From assembly GCA_003135555.1 (NCBI GenBank), contig PLCF01000067.1:10158-48309 (forward strand): a stretch of 38,152 bases of DNA, given 5' to 3'. The notes beneath the pieces are model-generated. The model made no database searches. It saw only the letters and a list, made by a program, of their open reading frames with translations, and was not told the DNA's origin. The stretch is from Vulcanimicrobiota bacterium. GTDB taxonomy: Bacteria > Vulcanimicrobiota > Vulcanimicrobiia > Vulcanimicrobiales > Vulcanimicrobiaceae. Made by a program: the position numbers and the translations under genes. Of this stretch, positions 21,190 through 30,433 are shown one piece after another; within the stretch, counting starts at the first letter, position 1, and the number at the start of each line of letters is the position of its first letter.

Positions 21190-21693
21190 GTGGCCGGCGT
21201 GTTCGGTTTGCGGGGCGAGTTGAAGATCGCGCCGAGCCGCATCGGCGAGGATGCGCTCGCCGCCGGCCTGGAGTTGCGCGCGACGCTGCGCGACGGGACG
21301 TCGCGCGCGGTGCGGATCCGAGCGCTGCGCCGGCACCAGGGCCGCCCGTTGATTTCGTTCGACGGCGTTGACGACGCCGATGCCGCCCAGGCGTTGGTCG
21401 GAGCCTCGCTGGGAATCGCTCGCGCCGCCGTCGAGTTGGATGCAGACGAGTACTTCGACGACGATCTGGTCGGGTGCGCGCTCGTCGACGGCGGCGGCGA
21501 CGTACTGGCCGAGGTCGTCGCGGTCGAGCACTATCCGGCCCAGGACGTGCTCGCGGTGGTGCTGCGACGTGGTTCGGGACGCGCCATCGTGCCGTTGGTG
21601 CGCGCGTTCGTCAAGAGCGTCGACGTGCGCGCGCGGCGCATCGTAGTCGAGCTTCCGCCGGGGCTACTCGACGGGGACGCGGAAGAAGCTTAG
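21190..21693 (+). CDS. rimM: ribosome maturation factor RimM (start uncertain)
   Basis: GVFGLRGELK, LDADEYFDDDLVG, PAQDVL, IVPLVRAFVKSVD...LPPGLL. Confidence 0.9.
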   Translation: MAGVFGLRGELKIAPSRIGEDALAAGLELRATLRDGTSRAVRIRALRRHQGRPLISFDGVDDADAAQALVGASLGIARAAVELDADEYFDDDLVGCALVDGGGDVLAEVVAVEHYPAQDVLAVVLRRGSGRAIVPLVRAFVKSVDVRARRIVVELPPGLLDGDAEEA

Positions 21694-22751
21694 CGCTTGC
21701 GCTTGGGCGGCGGGTTGAGATACGCGCCGATCGCGCCGTCCACCGCGCGTTCGGTCGCGAGCTGCGCGGCCGTCGCCCCGCCGGCATCGTTGCTGTGCGA
21801 TTCGCGCCAGACGAGCTTGCCCGCGCAGTCGTGGGCGCTGAGGTCGAGCGTCGCGCTGTAGCCGCCGTATTGCAGATCGGGCCGCAGCGCGAGCGTCCCC
21901 GAGAGCACCGCCTTGAGCTTGCGGGAGGCGCACGCTTCGGCCGCGGTCGCGGCGCGTTCACCCTTGGAGCGTGTGAGCAGCCGCTGCGTGGCGAGTTCGC
22001 GCAGGGCCGCGTCGGCGGTGCCCTCCACGGCGAGGATGGCGTACTCGCCCGTGGACGCGGTCGCGGCGGGGGGCGGCTGCGAAGTGGGCGCCGGCACGGC
22101 GGCCGCGACGGTGCGGGGAGCGCTTGTCGGCGGGGGCGCGGGGACGGTCGAAACGATCGGCTCGCCGCTGGGCTTGGCGGTAGGCTTGGGCGTCGGCGTC
22201 GCCTTTTTGCGACGGCCGAAGAGCTTGGTCAGGTTCGCCTCGGGGCCGGTGCTGGGCGCCGGCGTCGGACTCGCTTGCGGCGGCGGCGTGCCGATCCCGA
22301 CCAGGCCGCGGTTGGCGTGCTGGGAGACCCGATTGGCGAGGTCGTCGCCCTGGCCGGCGGCTTCGTCGTAGGTCGTAAGCTGGGCGCTCTGGCTGGCGAT
22401 CACGATCCCGCTCACCGTGCTGACCACCTGCTCGACCACCGAGACCCCGGTTCCCAGCGGCGAGATGAAGCCGGTGACGTAGTAGTCGGCGTGGTTCGCC
22501 CGCGCTACCGACAAGTAGTCCTTGCGCTCGGTTCCGGGCGGCGGCGCGATCACGGTGACCTTCCCGCTGTTGGCCATCCCCGTCGCGATGATCGTCGCCA
22601 GCCGGGAGCTCGCTTCACGGTCGACCGAGCTGGCGTTGGCGCTGAAGGGATACACGATCACGAAGGGCTTGGCGAAGAGCGACGTCTGCGCTCCGGCCAC
22701 GAGCGGGAGGCAAAAGAACGCGACGACGAGGACGGCGAGCAGACGGCGCAC
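21690..22751 (-). CDS. secreted protein, two TolB-N/CsgG-like alpha/beta domains joined by a Pro-rich linker
   Basis: Signal peptide; VIVYPF...ADYYVTGFIS and AILAVEG...AVLSGTL...GKLVW patterns; fold call is inference. Confidence 0.65.
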   Translation of the reverse strand: MRRLLAVLVVAFFCLPLVAGAQTSLFAKPFVIVYPFSANASSVDREASSRLATIIATGMANSGKVTVIAPPPGTERKDYLSVARANHADYYVTGFISPLGTGVSVVEQVVSTVSGIVIASQSAQLTTYDEAAGQGDDLANRVSQHANRGLVGIGTPPPQASPTPAPSTGPEANLTKLFGRRKKATPTPKPTAKPSGEPIVSTVPAPPPTSAPRTVAAAVPAPTSQPPPAATASTGEYAILAVEGTADAALRELATQRLLTRSKGERAATAAEACASRKLKAVLSGTLALRPDLQYGGYSATLDLSAHDCAGKLVWRESHSNDAGGATAAQLATERAVDGAIGAYLNPPPKRKR

Positions 22752-22784
22752 CCCGCGGCGTTCGGCCGCTCCCGAGGCGATCCC

Positions 22785-23636
22785 TTACGAGGCGAGCGGC
22801 GGGGCGCCGTTCTCGGTCTCCTTTGCCCACGCGGCGCACACGTGCGCGCCGAACAGGAAGACGACGCCGATGAGGTCGAGCCACAGCAACAGGACGAACA
22901 GGGCCGACAGGGCGCCGTAGATCTTGAACGCGTAGGCCGCGTAGGTCGTGTACTCCGCGAACGCGATCTGCGCGAGCGAGTAGCCGGTCGCGCAGGTCAG
23001 GGCGCCGGGGATCACCGTCCACCACTTCACGCGGCGGTTCGGGAGATACGCGTACAAGAACGCCGAGACCAGGAACACCAGCGCGGCAGAGCCGGCATAG
23101 GACGCGATCTGCGGCACCCAGCGCAGGTATTCGAGCCTGGCAAACTGCACGATCAGCGTGATGACGACGGGGAGGATGGTCGCCACGATCAGCACGACGC
23201 CCGCGAACGGAACGAGCACGAGCGCGATCGCGACGTCCCACACGATGTGCCGATAGCGCGTGATCCCCAGCGACCGGTTCAGGGCGTACGTCAGCGCTTG
23301 AAAGAGATTCTTGCCGGCCCATACCAGGCCGAGCAGTCCGATGACGCCGCTCCACCCGCGATAGCGCACCACGGCGTCGAGGTTGTTGGCGAGCAGCTCG
23401 CCCAAGGCGGGCACGTACAGGCCGATCGCCGCGTTCGCCCGCGCCATCCCTTCGGCGGTGCCGTAGATGAAGGCCAGCATCGAGACGCCGACGAGCGACA
23501 GCGGGACGAGCGCGAACAGCGCGGTGAAGGCGATCGCTTGCGCCATGAAGGCCGAGCCCTCCGCGGAAAAGCGCAGCCCGGCGTCGCGGAAAATACGAAT
23601 CGCTCGTGACACCGGTCGCCCGCGCGCATCGGCCAT
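22785..23636 (-). CDS. YihY/virulence factor BrkB family membrane protein
   Basis: AQAIAFTALFALVP, LYAYLPN, IYGALSALFVLLLWL...FLFGA; alternative GTG start 23612. Confidence 0.9.
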   Translation of the reverse strand: MADARGRPVSRAIRIFRDAGLRFSAEGSAFMAQAIAFTALFALVPLSLVGVSMLAFIYGTAEGMARANAAIGLYVPALGELLANNLDAVVRYRGWSGVIGLLGLVWAGKNLFQALTYALNRSLGITRYRHIVWDVAIALVLVPFAGVVLIVATILPVVITLIVQFARLEYLRWVPQIASYAGSAALVFLVSAFLYAYLPNRRVKWWTVIPGALTCATGYSLAQIAFAEYTTYAAYAFKIYGALSALFVLLLWLDLIGVVFLFGAHVCAAWAKETENGAPPLAS

Positions 23637-24144
23637 GACGCCCGCTCACCCCCTCCCGATCGCGCTTGCAGCGCTGGTCACGGTGATCGTGGACGGCTGG
23701 TTCGTTCCCAGCGCGCCGTCCGCATCGCTACGCGCCGGCCGCGTCGTCGCACCGGTCGCGCTCGTCGCGCGCATCGCGGACCGCGTGGAGGTCGGGGCGG
23801 ACGGCCGCGTCTCGGCCCGGCGCGGCGAGCGCACGTGCGTCGCGCGCCCCGACGCCCCGGGCGAACCGGAGCTGCTGGCGATCGGACCCCTGGCGCGCTG
23901 TCTGGGGGCGCGCGTCGCGTGGGACGGCCGCACCAAGACGCTGGGCCTATCGTTCGGCGGACCGATCGTGCTGGTCACGCCGCGCCCGTACGATCCCAGC
24001 GCGCCGCGCGTGGCGCCGACGACGGTCTTCACGCCCGAGCCGGCGCCGCCGACCCCGCGCGTCATCGTGACGGGCTCGCCGCAGCCGCGGCGCACGGCGA
24101 TCCCGGTCACGCCTTCGTGGCCGCTTATAAGCCCGAGTCCGTGA
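23635..24144 (+). CDS. copper amine oxidase N-terminal (stalk)-like domain protein
   Basis: GRVVAPV and LARCLGARVAWDGRTKT motifs, Pro-rich tail; start uncertain. Confidence 0.55.
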   Translation: MTPAHPLPIALAALVTVIVDGWFVPSAPSASLRAGRVVAPVALVARIADRVEVGADGRVSARRGERTCVARPDAPGEPELLAIGPLARCLGARVAWDGRTKTLGLSFGGPIVLVTPRPYDPSAPRVAPTTVFTPEPAPPTPRVIVTGSPQPRRTAIPVTPSWPLISPSP

Positions 24145-24388
24145 TGAACTTGACCCACGATTGCGTGGTGGGATCGTCCCACCAGTTCGCGATCCGTGCC
24201 TCGAGCACCGGGATCGCGCGCAGCACGGACGCATGCTGCTCGACGGCGACCGGATCCGGCCGTGGGGAATTCAGCTCTGCGTGCAGCGCATCGACCGAGC
24301 GTGCGGCGGGCGTGTCGTCGCCGGCGGCCGCGCGCAGCTCGTCGTACGGAGGGTGGGGGACCTGCGGCGCTGCGTCCTGGTCGTTCAT
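24125..24388 (-). CDS. small hypothetical protein (87 aa; DUF4404-like C-terminus)
   Basis: TATGAT then GGAGG upstream of ATG 24388; MNDQDAAPQVPHPPYDELR...ITDSGL. Confidence 0.65.
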   Translation of the reverse strand: MNDQDAAPQVPHPPYDELRAAAGDDTPAARSVDALHAELNSPRPDPVAVEQHASVLRAIPVLEARIANWWDDPTTQSWVKFITDSGL

Positions 24389-24407
24389 GGACGCTTCGTT
24401 CCCTCCA

Positions 24408-27383
24408 TCATAGCGCGCCCGCCTGCCGCAGCAGCACGTCGAGCGCTTGGGCCCGCGTTGCGAACGTGGCGCGCTCGACGGCGCTGGGGGCGGCGTCGCC
24501 GGTTTCAACCGCGCCGAGCAGTTGTGCGAGTTGCCCGTTGGCGCGAGCCAGTTTGCGCGCCAAGTCGGCGTCGCGGGGGCGCACGCGTTCCGCCGCGTCG
24601 TAGGCGCGGTCGATGCGCGCGGCGATCGCCCGCGCCAGCTCGTACTGCGCCGACAGCGCGCCGTCGCTGACGTGTATGCGCGGGTCCTCGCGCACCTCGA
24701 GCGCGCGCGTCTGCGGTGCGCCGCCCGCGTCGAGGGTGAGCGCGTAGCGTCCCGGGGGCACGCGCGGCCCCTCGGGCTCGAGCGGCGTGCCGTGCGGGAT
24801 CGCGGCGATCGTCGCGCCGGCGCCGAACGTCCGGGGTGCAGGCAGGTGCAGATCCCACACGAAGCGATGCGCGCCCGCGCTCGTCTCGGGCCGCAGGCGC
24901 GGCGCGATCCACCAGGCCGGGACGTCGAGCGCCGCCAGATCGCCGGGTGCGATGTCGTCGTCGCTGCTGAAACGGCGCACGACGCGGCCGCGCGCATCCG
25001 CGACCGTGAGGATGACGCGCGTGGCTGCGCGCGGCAGCACGTAGTCGATCACCGCGCCGCTGGGCGGGTTGGCGAAGAAGGGCTCGTCGGGCGGCAACGG
25101 CGTGTCGGTGTTGGCATCGCGCGCGACGCGCCAGGCGCGCGCCGGTGCGAACAGCGCCGGAGCGGTCGCATCGAGCACGTTCGCTTGGCGCAGCGGAGCG
25201 ATGTCGTCGAGGATCCAGAAGCCGCGCCCGTGCGTGCCGATCACCAGATCGTCGTCGTGCACTACGAGATCTCGCACCGACGTCGCCGGAAGGTTCAGCC
25301 GCAGCGACGACCAGCTGTTGCCGTCGTCGAGTGACACCCACACGCCGCGCTCGGTTCCGGCGTAGAGCATCCCGCGGCGCCACGGATCGGCCCGTACCAC
25401 GTTGGTCGGCGCGGCTTCGATCCCGCGATCGATCGCGGTCCAGGTCGCGCCGCCGTCGTGGGTGCGCAAGAGCTGCGGCCGCTGCTCGTCGAGGCGGAAG
25501 CGGTTCACCGCGACGTACGCGCTCGCGGCGTCGAAAGGCGAAGCCTCGACGATCGAGATCTTCGCCCAGGCGCCGACGCTCGGCGGGGTGACGTTGTGCC
25601 AATGCCGGCCGCCGTCGGCCGTGCGCCAGATCAGGCCGTCGTCGGTCCCCGCCCACAGCACGTTGCGGTCGCGCGGCGACAAACCCAGCGCGTAGACCAC
25701 GCCGCGATGCGGCCGTTTGGCCGCGTCGGTCTGGGCGAACACGCCCAGGTTGGCCGGGTTCTCGGGTTGCGCGCGCGTGAGATCCGGGCTGATCGTACGC
25801 CAATGCGCGCCGTAGTCGCCCGAAGCGAAGACAACGTTCGCACCCAGATACAACGTCCGCTTGTCGACCGGCGAGAACGCCAGCGGCGCCGTGCGTTTGA
25901 AGCGGTAGTCCGGGTTGCCGCGCCAGCCGACGACCGGGCCGACCTCACGCACCTCGCCGGTGCGTTCGTCCCAGCGACTCACCTTGCCGCCGAAGATGAT
26001 TCCGGGATGCAGCGGATCGGGGGCGACGTAGCCGTACTCCTCGACGCCGACCGGGTGCCAGTCGCGAAAGGTGATCGCGCCGTCGTTGCCGCGCGAGAGC
26101 ACGCCGGCGCTGCCGCTTTCCTGCTGACCGCCGTAGACCCGGTACGGGAAGCGGTCGTCGGTGATAACGTGATAGAACTGTGCGGTGGGCTGGTTGTACC
26201 ACGAGCTCCAGGTCGCGCCGCCGTTGACGCTGATGACCGCGCCTTGATCGCTGCCCAGCAGGATGGTGCGCGGATCGTCGGGCGCGATCCAGATGCTCTG
26301 ATAGTCGTCGCCGCCGGGTGCGCCGCGCAGCGGCTCGAACGTCGTGCCGGCATCGGCGGAGCGGTAGGTCGACGTGTTGGTCACGTACACGACGTCGCGG
26401 TCGCGCGGATCGACCCCGACCGTCGCGAGATCGTCGCCGCGCTCGGCGACCCGCGCGCTGGCGTTCGCCAGCGTCCAGCTTGCGCCCGCGTCGTCGGACC
26501 GATACACGCCGCCTTTGCCGCCCGGCGCGTCGGCGAACGCATAGATGCGCCGCGGGTCGCTGCGCGCGACGGCAACCGCGGCGCGGCCGATCCCCTGCGC
26601 CTGGGTCGGCAAGCCGCCCTCGAGCCGCTTCCAGGTCGAGCCTCCGTCGCTCGATTTGTACACGCCGCTGCCGAGATCGGGGCGCTTGAACGAGCCGCCC
26701 TCGATGGTTTCCCACGGACTCTGGCGCGCCGCCCACAGCGTCGCGTAGAGCGTCTGCGCATCGGCCGGATCGAGCGCGATGTCGAACGCGCCGGTGTTGT
26801 CGTCGGTCGACAGCACGCGCGCGAACGTCGTGCCGCCGTCGGTGGAACGGTAGACGCCGCGCTCGGGGTTGGGGCCGTACGGATGTCCCAGGACCGCGAC
26901 GAAGAGCCGGTTCGCGTCGTGCGGGTCGACGACGATCTTGGCGATCTGCTGGCCGTCCCGCAGCCCCAGATGGGTCCAATGCGCGCCGCCGTCGGTCGAC
27001 TTGTAGATACCGTCGCCGACGGCGAGATCCGGACGCTGGCGCCCTTCGCCGCTGCCGGCGTAGACGGTGTCGGGGGCCGACGGCGCGACCGCGAGCGCGC
27101 CCACCGACGCGCTGGGCTGATCGTCGAAGATCGGCGTCCAGGTGCGCCCGGTGTCGGTGGTCTTGAACACGCCGCCGTTCACCGCGGCGATGTAGAAGTC
27201 GTGCGGACGCCCGGGAACGCCGCTCACCGCGATCGTGCGGCCGCCGCGATGCGGCCCGATCGCGCGCCAGTGCAGGACGTTGCGCAGCGCCGTTCCGACG
27301 TCGGCCGGCGCCGCCGATGCGGGGAGCATGACCGAGCACGCCGCGAGAAGCGCGAGCGCCGGCGTGAAGCGAGGACGGACCAC
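24408..27383 (-). CDS. secreted BNR/Asp-box (VPS10/sortilin-like) beta-propeller protein, putative glycosyl hydrolase
   Basis: WRAIGPHRGGR and many Asp-boxes (KSTDGGAHW, RSTDGGTTF, KSSDGGSTW, RTADGGRHW, SLDDGNSW); signal peptide. Confidence 0.9.
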   Translation of the reverse strand: MVRPRFTPALALLAACSVMLPASAAPADVGTALRNVLHWRAIGPHRGGRTIAVSGVPGRPHDFYIAAVNGGVFKTTDTGRTWTPIFDDQPSASVGALAVAPSAPDTVYAGSGEGRQRPDLAVGDGIYKSTDGGAHWTHLGLRDGQQIAKIVVDPHDANRLFVAVLGHPYGPNPERGVYRSTDGGTTFARVLSTDDNTGAFDIALDPADAQTLYATLWAARQSPWETIEGGSFKRPDLGSGVYKSSDGGSTWKRLEGGLPTQAQGIGRAAVAVARSDPRRIYAFADAPGGKGGVYRSDDAGASWTLANASARVAERGDDLATVGVDPRDRDVVYVTNTSTYRSADAGTTFEPLRGAPGGDDYQSIWIAPDDPRTILLGSDQGAVISVNGGATWSSWYNQPTAQFYHVITDDRFPYRVYGGQQESGSAGVLSRGNDGAITFRDWHPVGVEEYGYVAPDPLHPGIIFGGKVSRWDERTGEVREVGPVVGWRGNPDYRFKRTAPLAFSPVDKRTLYLGANVVFASGDYGAHWRTISPDLTRAQPENPANLGVFAQTDAAKRPHRGVVYALGLSPRDRNVLWAGTDDGLIWRTADGGRHWHNVTPPSVGAWAKISIVEASPFDAASAYVAVNRFRLDEQRPQLLRTHDGGATWTAIDRGIEAAPTNVVRADPWRRGMLYAGTERGVWVSLDDGNSWSSLRLNLPATSVRDLVVHDDDLVIGTHGRGFWILDDIAPLRQANVLDATAPALFAPARAWRVARDANTDTPLPPDEPFFANPPSGAVIDYVLPRAATRVILTVADARGRVVRRFSSDDDIAPGDLAALDVPAWWIAPRLRPETSAGAHRFVWDLHLPAPRTFGAGATIAAIPHGTPLEPEGPRVPPGRYALTLDAGGAPQTRALEVREDPRIHVSDGALSAQYELARAIAARIDRAYDAAERVRPRDADLARKLARANGQLAQLLGAVETGDAAPSAVERATFATRAQALDVLLRQAGAL

Positions 27384-27386
27384 CGT

Positions 27387-27527
27387 TTAGCGCGCCGTCG
27401 CCAGGAAGGCGTCGATCAGCGCGAACACGCGGTCGGGCTGGTCGAGCATCGCGAAGTGGCGCGCGGGCGAGACCGAGACGACTTGGAGCTTGGGCGCACC
27501 GGCCAGCAGCGTGCGACGTTGCATCAT
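27387..27527 (-). pseudogene. alpha/beta hydrolase remnant (C-terminal ~40 aa only)
   Basis: MMQRRTLLAGAPKLQVVSVSPARHFAMLDQPDRVFALIDAFLATAR*; HF.MLDQP....LI..FL is the catalytic-His tail of alpha/beta hydrolases. Confidence 0.65.
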
Positions 27528-27574
27528 CCCGCCTAATCGTCCGCCCGGCCGCGAATTTCCCGTGGACGCGGCCC

Positions 27575-28498
27575 TCAGTGCACCAGATCGCGCGCCAGCA
27601 CCAACGTGATGCCGTCGCCGGCGAGCTCCGGGAGCAGCGCGCGGACGGCGAGCAACGTGGTCGGGCGCGGGTGGCCGATCGCGATCGCGCTGCCGCGGGC
27701 CTTGGCCAGCGCGGCGGCACGGCGCAACTGCGACTCGGTCGCGGCGACCTCGGCCACGTCGTCGAGGAAGACGTCGCGCCGGGCCGTCGGTACGCCGGCG
27801 GCGCTCGCGTCGCGCTCGGCGACCGTCGCCGCGCTGGTGCGCGAGTCGACGAAGAACACGTGCCGCTCCGCCAGCACCGCAACGACGTTGCGCATCACGC
27901 GGTCGTCGGCGGTCGCGCGGCTACCTTCGTGGTTGTTGACGCCCGCCGCCAGCGGAACATCGATGAGATCGTCGCGCACCGCTTTGGCGATCGCCGCGTC
28001 GTCCATTGCCACGGTGACGCGACCCGCGCCGGGGTCAATCCCCGAGCGCGGCTCCATCGGGAGGTGCAGCATCACGCCCTTGCCGGCCGCATCGGCATCG
28101 CGCGCGATCTGCGCGCCGTAGCGCACGTACGGCAGCACCGAGAGCGTCAGCGCGACCGGCAACGCGATGAAGCCGTGCTCGGTGTCGGGCCATTGACCGC
28201 AGTCGTCGATGATGATCGCCAGCCGCGCTCCGCCGACCGGCCCCGCAGTCTCCACGGCGGCGGGATGCTCGGACGCGGATGGCTGCGCGGGCGCCGCGGC
28301 GGGCGGCACTTGCGCGACACGCGGCGGCGTTGCCGACGGTAGAGAGCGAGCGTGGCGCGGCGGCACGCGCGACGGCCGCGGCGTGCGGTCGCCGCGGGCG
28401 ATTAAAATGCCCGCGGCGACGGCGACCGCAAACGCGATCAGCAAGACGACGATCGCAGCGCGTCGACGGCGCGCAAGGCGAGCTCGGCGGCGCTTCAT
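27575..28498 (-). CDS. divergent polysaccharide deacetylase (YibQ/DUF610)
   Basis: LAIIIDDCG, MLHLPMEP, GVNNHEGS, FVDSRT, RDVFLD, IAIGHP; N-terminal membrane anchor. Confidence 0.92.
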   Translation of the reverse strand: MKRRRARLARRRRAAIVVLLIAFAVAVAAGILIARGDRTPRPSRVPPRHARSLPSATPPRVAQVPPAAAPAQPSASEHPAAVETAGPVGGARLAIIIDDCGQWPDTEHGFIALPVALTLSVLPYVRYGAQIARDADAAGKGVMLHLPMEPRSGIDPGAGRVTVAMDDAAIAKAVRDDLIDVPLAAGVNNHEGSRATADDRVMRNVVAVLAERHVFFVDSRTSAATVAERDASAAGVPTARRDVFLDDVAEVAATESQLRRAAALAKARGSAIAIGHPRPTTLLAVRALLPELAGDGITLVLARDLVH

Positions 28499-28518
28499 CG
28501 CCGGTACCCTTCGACGTG

Positions 28519-29895
28519 CTAGCGCGGGACCTTCGCGTCGTTGTCGATCACGTGCGGAGTGATGAAGAAGACGACCTCATCGCGGTTGTGCGTCCGCTGG
28601 CGGTTGCGGAAGAACCCGCCCAGCACCGGCAGATCGCCCAGGAGCGGAAACTTTGTCAGCGTCTCGGAGTCGACGTCCTGGAACAGGCCGCCCAGCACGA
28701 TCGTCTCACCGTCGTGAACGCGCAGGGTGGCGTCGACCTTGCGGTTCGCGACGATCGGAAAGTTCGCGTTGAAACCGATGATCTGCGAGTACTCGGGATG
28801 CAGCTCGGCGGTAATCGTGCCGTCGGCGCCGATCGTCGGCGTCAGCCGCAGCCGCACGCCGACGTCGATGGTCTGCACGCTGGGGAAGCCGGTTTGCTGG
28901 TTCACGGTTACCACCGGATACTGTTCGCCCACGAGCAGCGACGCCTCGCGGTTGTTGAGCGTCGCGATCCGCGGCTGGGCAAGAATCGACGCGTGGCCGT
29001 GCTGGATCAGCGCGTCGATTTGCGCGTTGACCACCAGCGAGCTCTTCGTAAGCGTATACGGAAATTGCCCGAGAGCACCCGTTCCATAGCCCGACCCACC
29101 GAACGAGACGCCGACATTGGTGGTGTCGTTGACGGGCTGCACGTCGGCGACTCGGACCTCGATCATCACCTGGCGTCCCGGCGCGTCCAGATCCCCGAGC
29201 AGCGCTCGCACCGTCGCTTGCAGCTCGCCGTTCCCGCTGACCACGACGACGTTCTGGCGGTCGTCGGCGAACAGCGCGTTGTCCGGGACCGCGGCACGCA
29301 GCAGCTTGACCGCCTCACTGGCTCGGAGGTTGTGCAGCGGGATCGCTGCGGTTCCCAAGCTGCCGCCCGCGCCGAATCCGGGCGCGTCGAAAGCCGTCAC
29401 GAGTTGACGCATGCGGGCGATCGTCGCCGGAGCCCCGGTGACGATCAGCGTGCCGGTGCGCTTGTCGCCGACGACGACGGTCCCAAGCGGTAGCGCGCTC
29501 TGCAGCGGCACGAGCACATCGTCGGGCCGCGCGTGCCGTAGCGTCAGGACCACGGTTTGCGTTCCGCCGGCCGCGGTATCGTCCGGAAAGCGGCGGTTCA
29601 TCGAGGCGGCGTCGCCGACGATGACGACCCGGCCGTCCCGGTGCGTCTGCAGCCCGTACGCGGTGACGAGCGTCGCCAAGGCTTCGTCGAAGCTGACGCC
29701 CTTCAAGCGCAACGTGATCCGCTGCGCCTTGACCGAACCGTCGGCGACGACGTTCTGCCCGGACCGCGCGCCCAACAGGCGCACGACGTCGGCCAGCTCG
29801 ACATCGTGCGCTTCGAGGGTGAAGCGCTCGGGCTGCGCGCCGACCGGGGTGGCGAGCGCGAGCGCAGCTAGCACTGCGGCGGCGAAGGCTTTCAT
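28519..29895 (-). CDS. pilQ: secretin (PilQ/GspD family)
   Basis: Signal peptide, N0/N3 repeats, QVMIEVRVADV, ILAQPRIATLNN, GETIVLGGL, PLLGDLPVLGGFF, VFFITPHVI. Confidence 0.9.
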   Translation of the reverse strand: MKAFAAAVLAALALATPVGAQPERFTLEAHDVELADVVRLLGARSGQNVVADGSVKAQRITLRLKGVSFDEALATLVTAYGLQTHRDGRVVIVGDAASMNRRFPDDTAAGGTQTVVLTLRHARPDDVLVPLQSALPLGTVVVGDKRTGTLIVTGAPATIARMRQLVTAFDAPGFGAGGSLGTAAIPLHNLRASEAVKLLRAAVPDNALFADDRQNVVVVSGNGELQATVRALLGDLDAPGRQVMIEVRVADVQPVNDTTNVGVSFGGSGYGTGALGQFPYTLTKSSLVVNAQIDALIQHGHASILAQPRIATLNNREASLLVGEQYPVVTVNQQTGFPSVQTIDVGVRLRLTPTIGADGTITAELHPEYSQIIGFNANFPIVANRKVDATLRVHDGETIVLGGLFQDVDSETLTKFPLLGDLPVLGGFFRNRQRTHNRDEVVFFITPHVIDNDAKVPR

Positions 29896-29896
29896 T

Positions 29897-30433
29897 TCAG
29901 CGAGCTCCGGAAGGCCGATCGGCCGATGATACGGCCGGTGCGACGCGCAACGTCGTCCCGTTCGCGAGGCTGACGCCGTCGATGCCGATTGCGGCGACCG
30001 TCTCGGCGCCGATCCGCTCACCCGTGCCGACGATGCGCGTGCTGCCGCCTTCGTCGACGAGCGCGAACGGGTGCGGTCCGGTGACGATCGCGGTCACCGT
30101 CGCGCGGGCGGCGAACGGCACGACCATACCGCTCGCGCCGGCGTTCGGCGGAAGCACGCCCAGGGTGGCGGGGATCGGTGGTAGCGCGGCGAGTGCGGCC
30201 GACATGCTCGGCGCGCGAGCAGCGCGCGCGGTGGAAGCATCGACGGCGAACGGATCGCGGTGCGGGGCGATCGCGACGACCGGCGGTTCCGGCCGCGTCG
30301 ACGGCGCCGGTGCGGTGGGCCGCGCTTCGATCGAGCTGCGCGCTGCCGGCGGCGTCGCCGCGAACGCGCCGGCGCAGGCGGCGAAGGCGATCGCGCTCAG
30401 CGCGGCGCGGCTACGTGGACCGAGGGCGAGCAT
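29897..30433 (-). CDS. PilP/GspC-like assembly protein
   Basis: RDPF motif, VTAIVTG...ALVDEGG..RIVGTGERIG..VAAIGIDGV; position between pilO and secretin. Confidence 0.6.
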   Translation of the reverse strand: MLALGPRSRAALSAIAFAACAGAFAATPPAARSSIEARPTAPAPSTRPEPPVVAIAPHRDPFAVDASTARAARAPSMSAALAALPPIPATLGVLPPNAGASGMVVPFAARATVTAIVTGPHPFALVDEGGSTRIVGTGERIGAETVAAIGIDGVSLANGTTLRVAPAVSSADRPSGAR

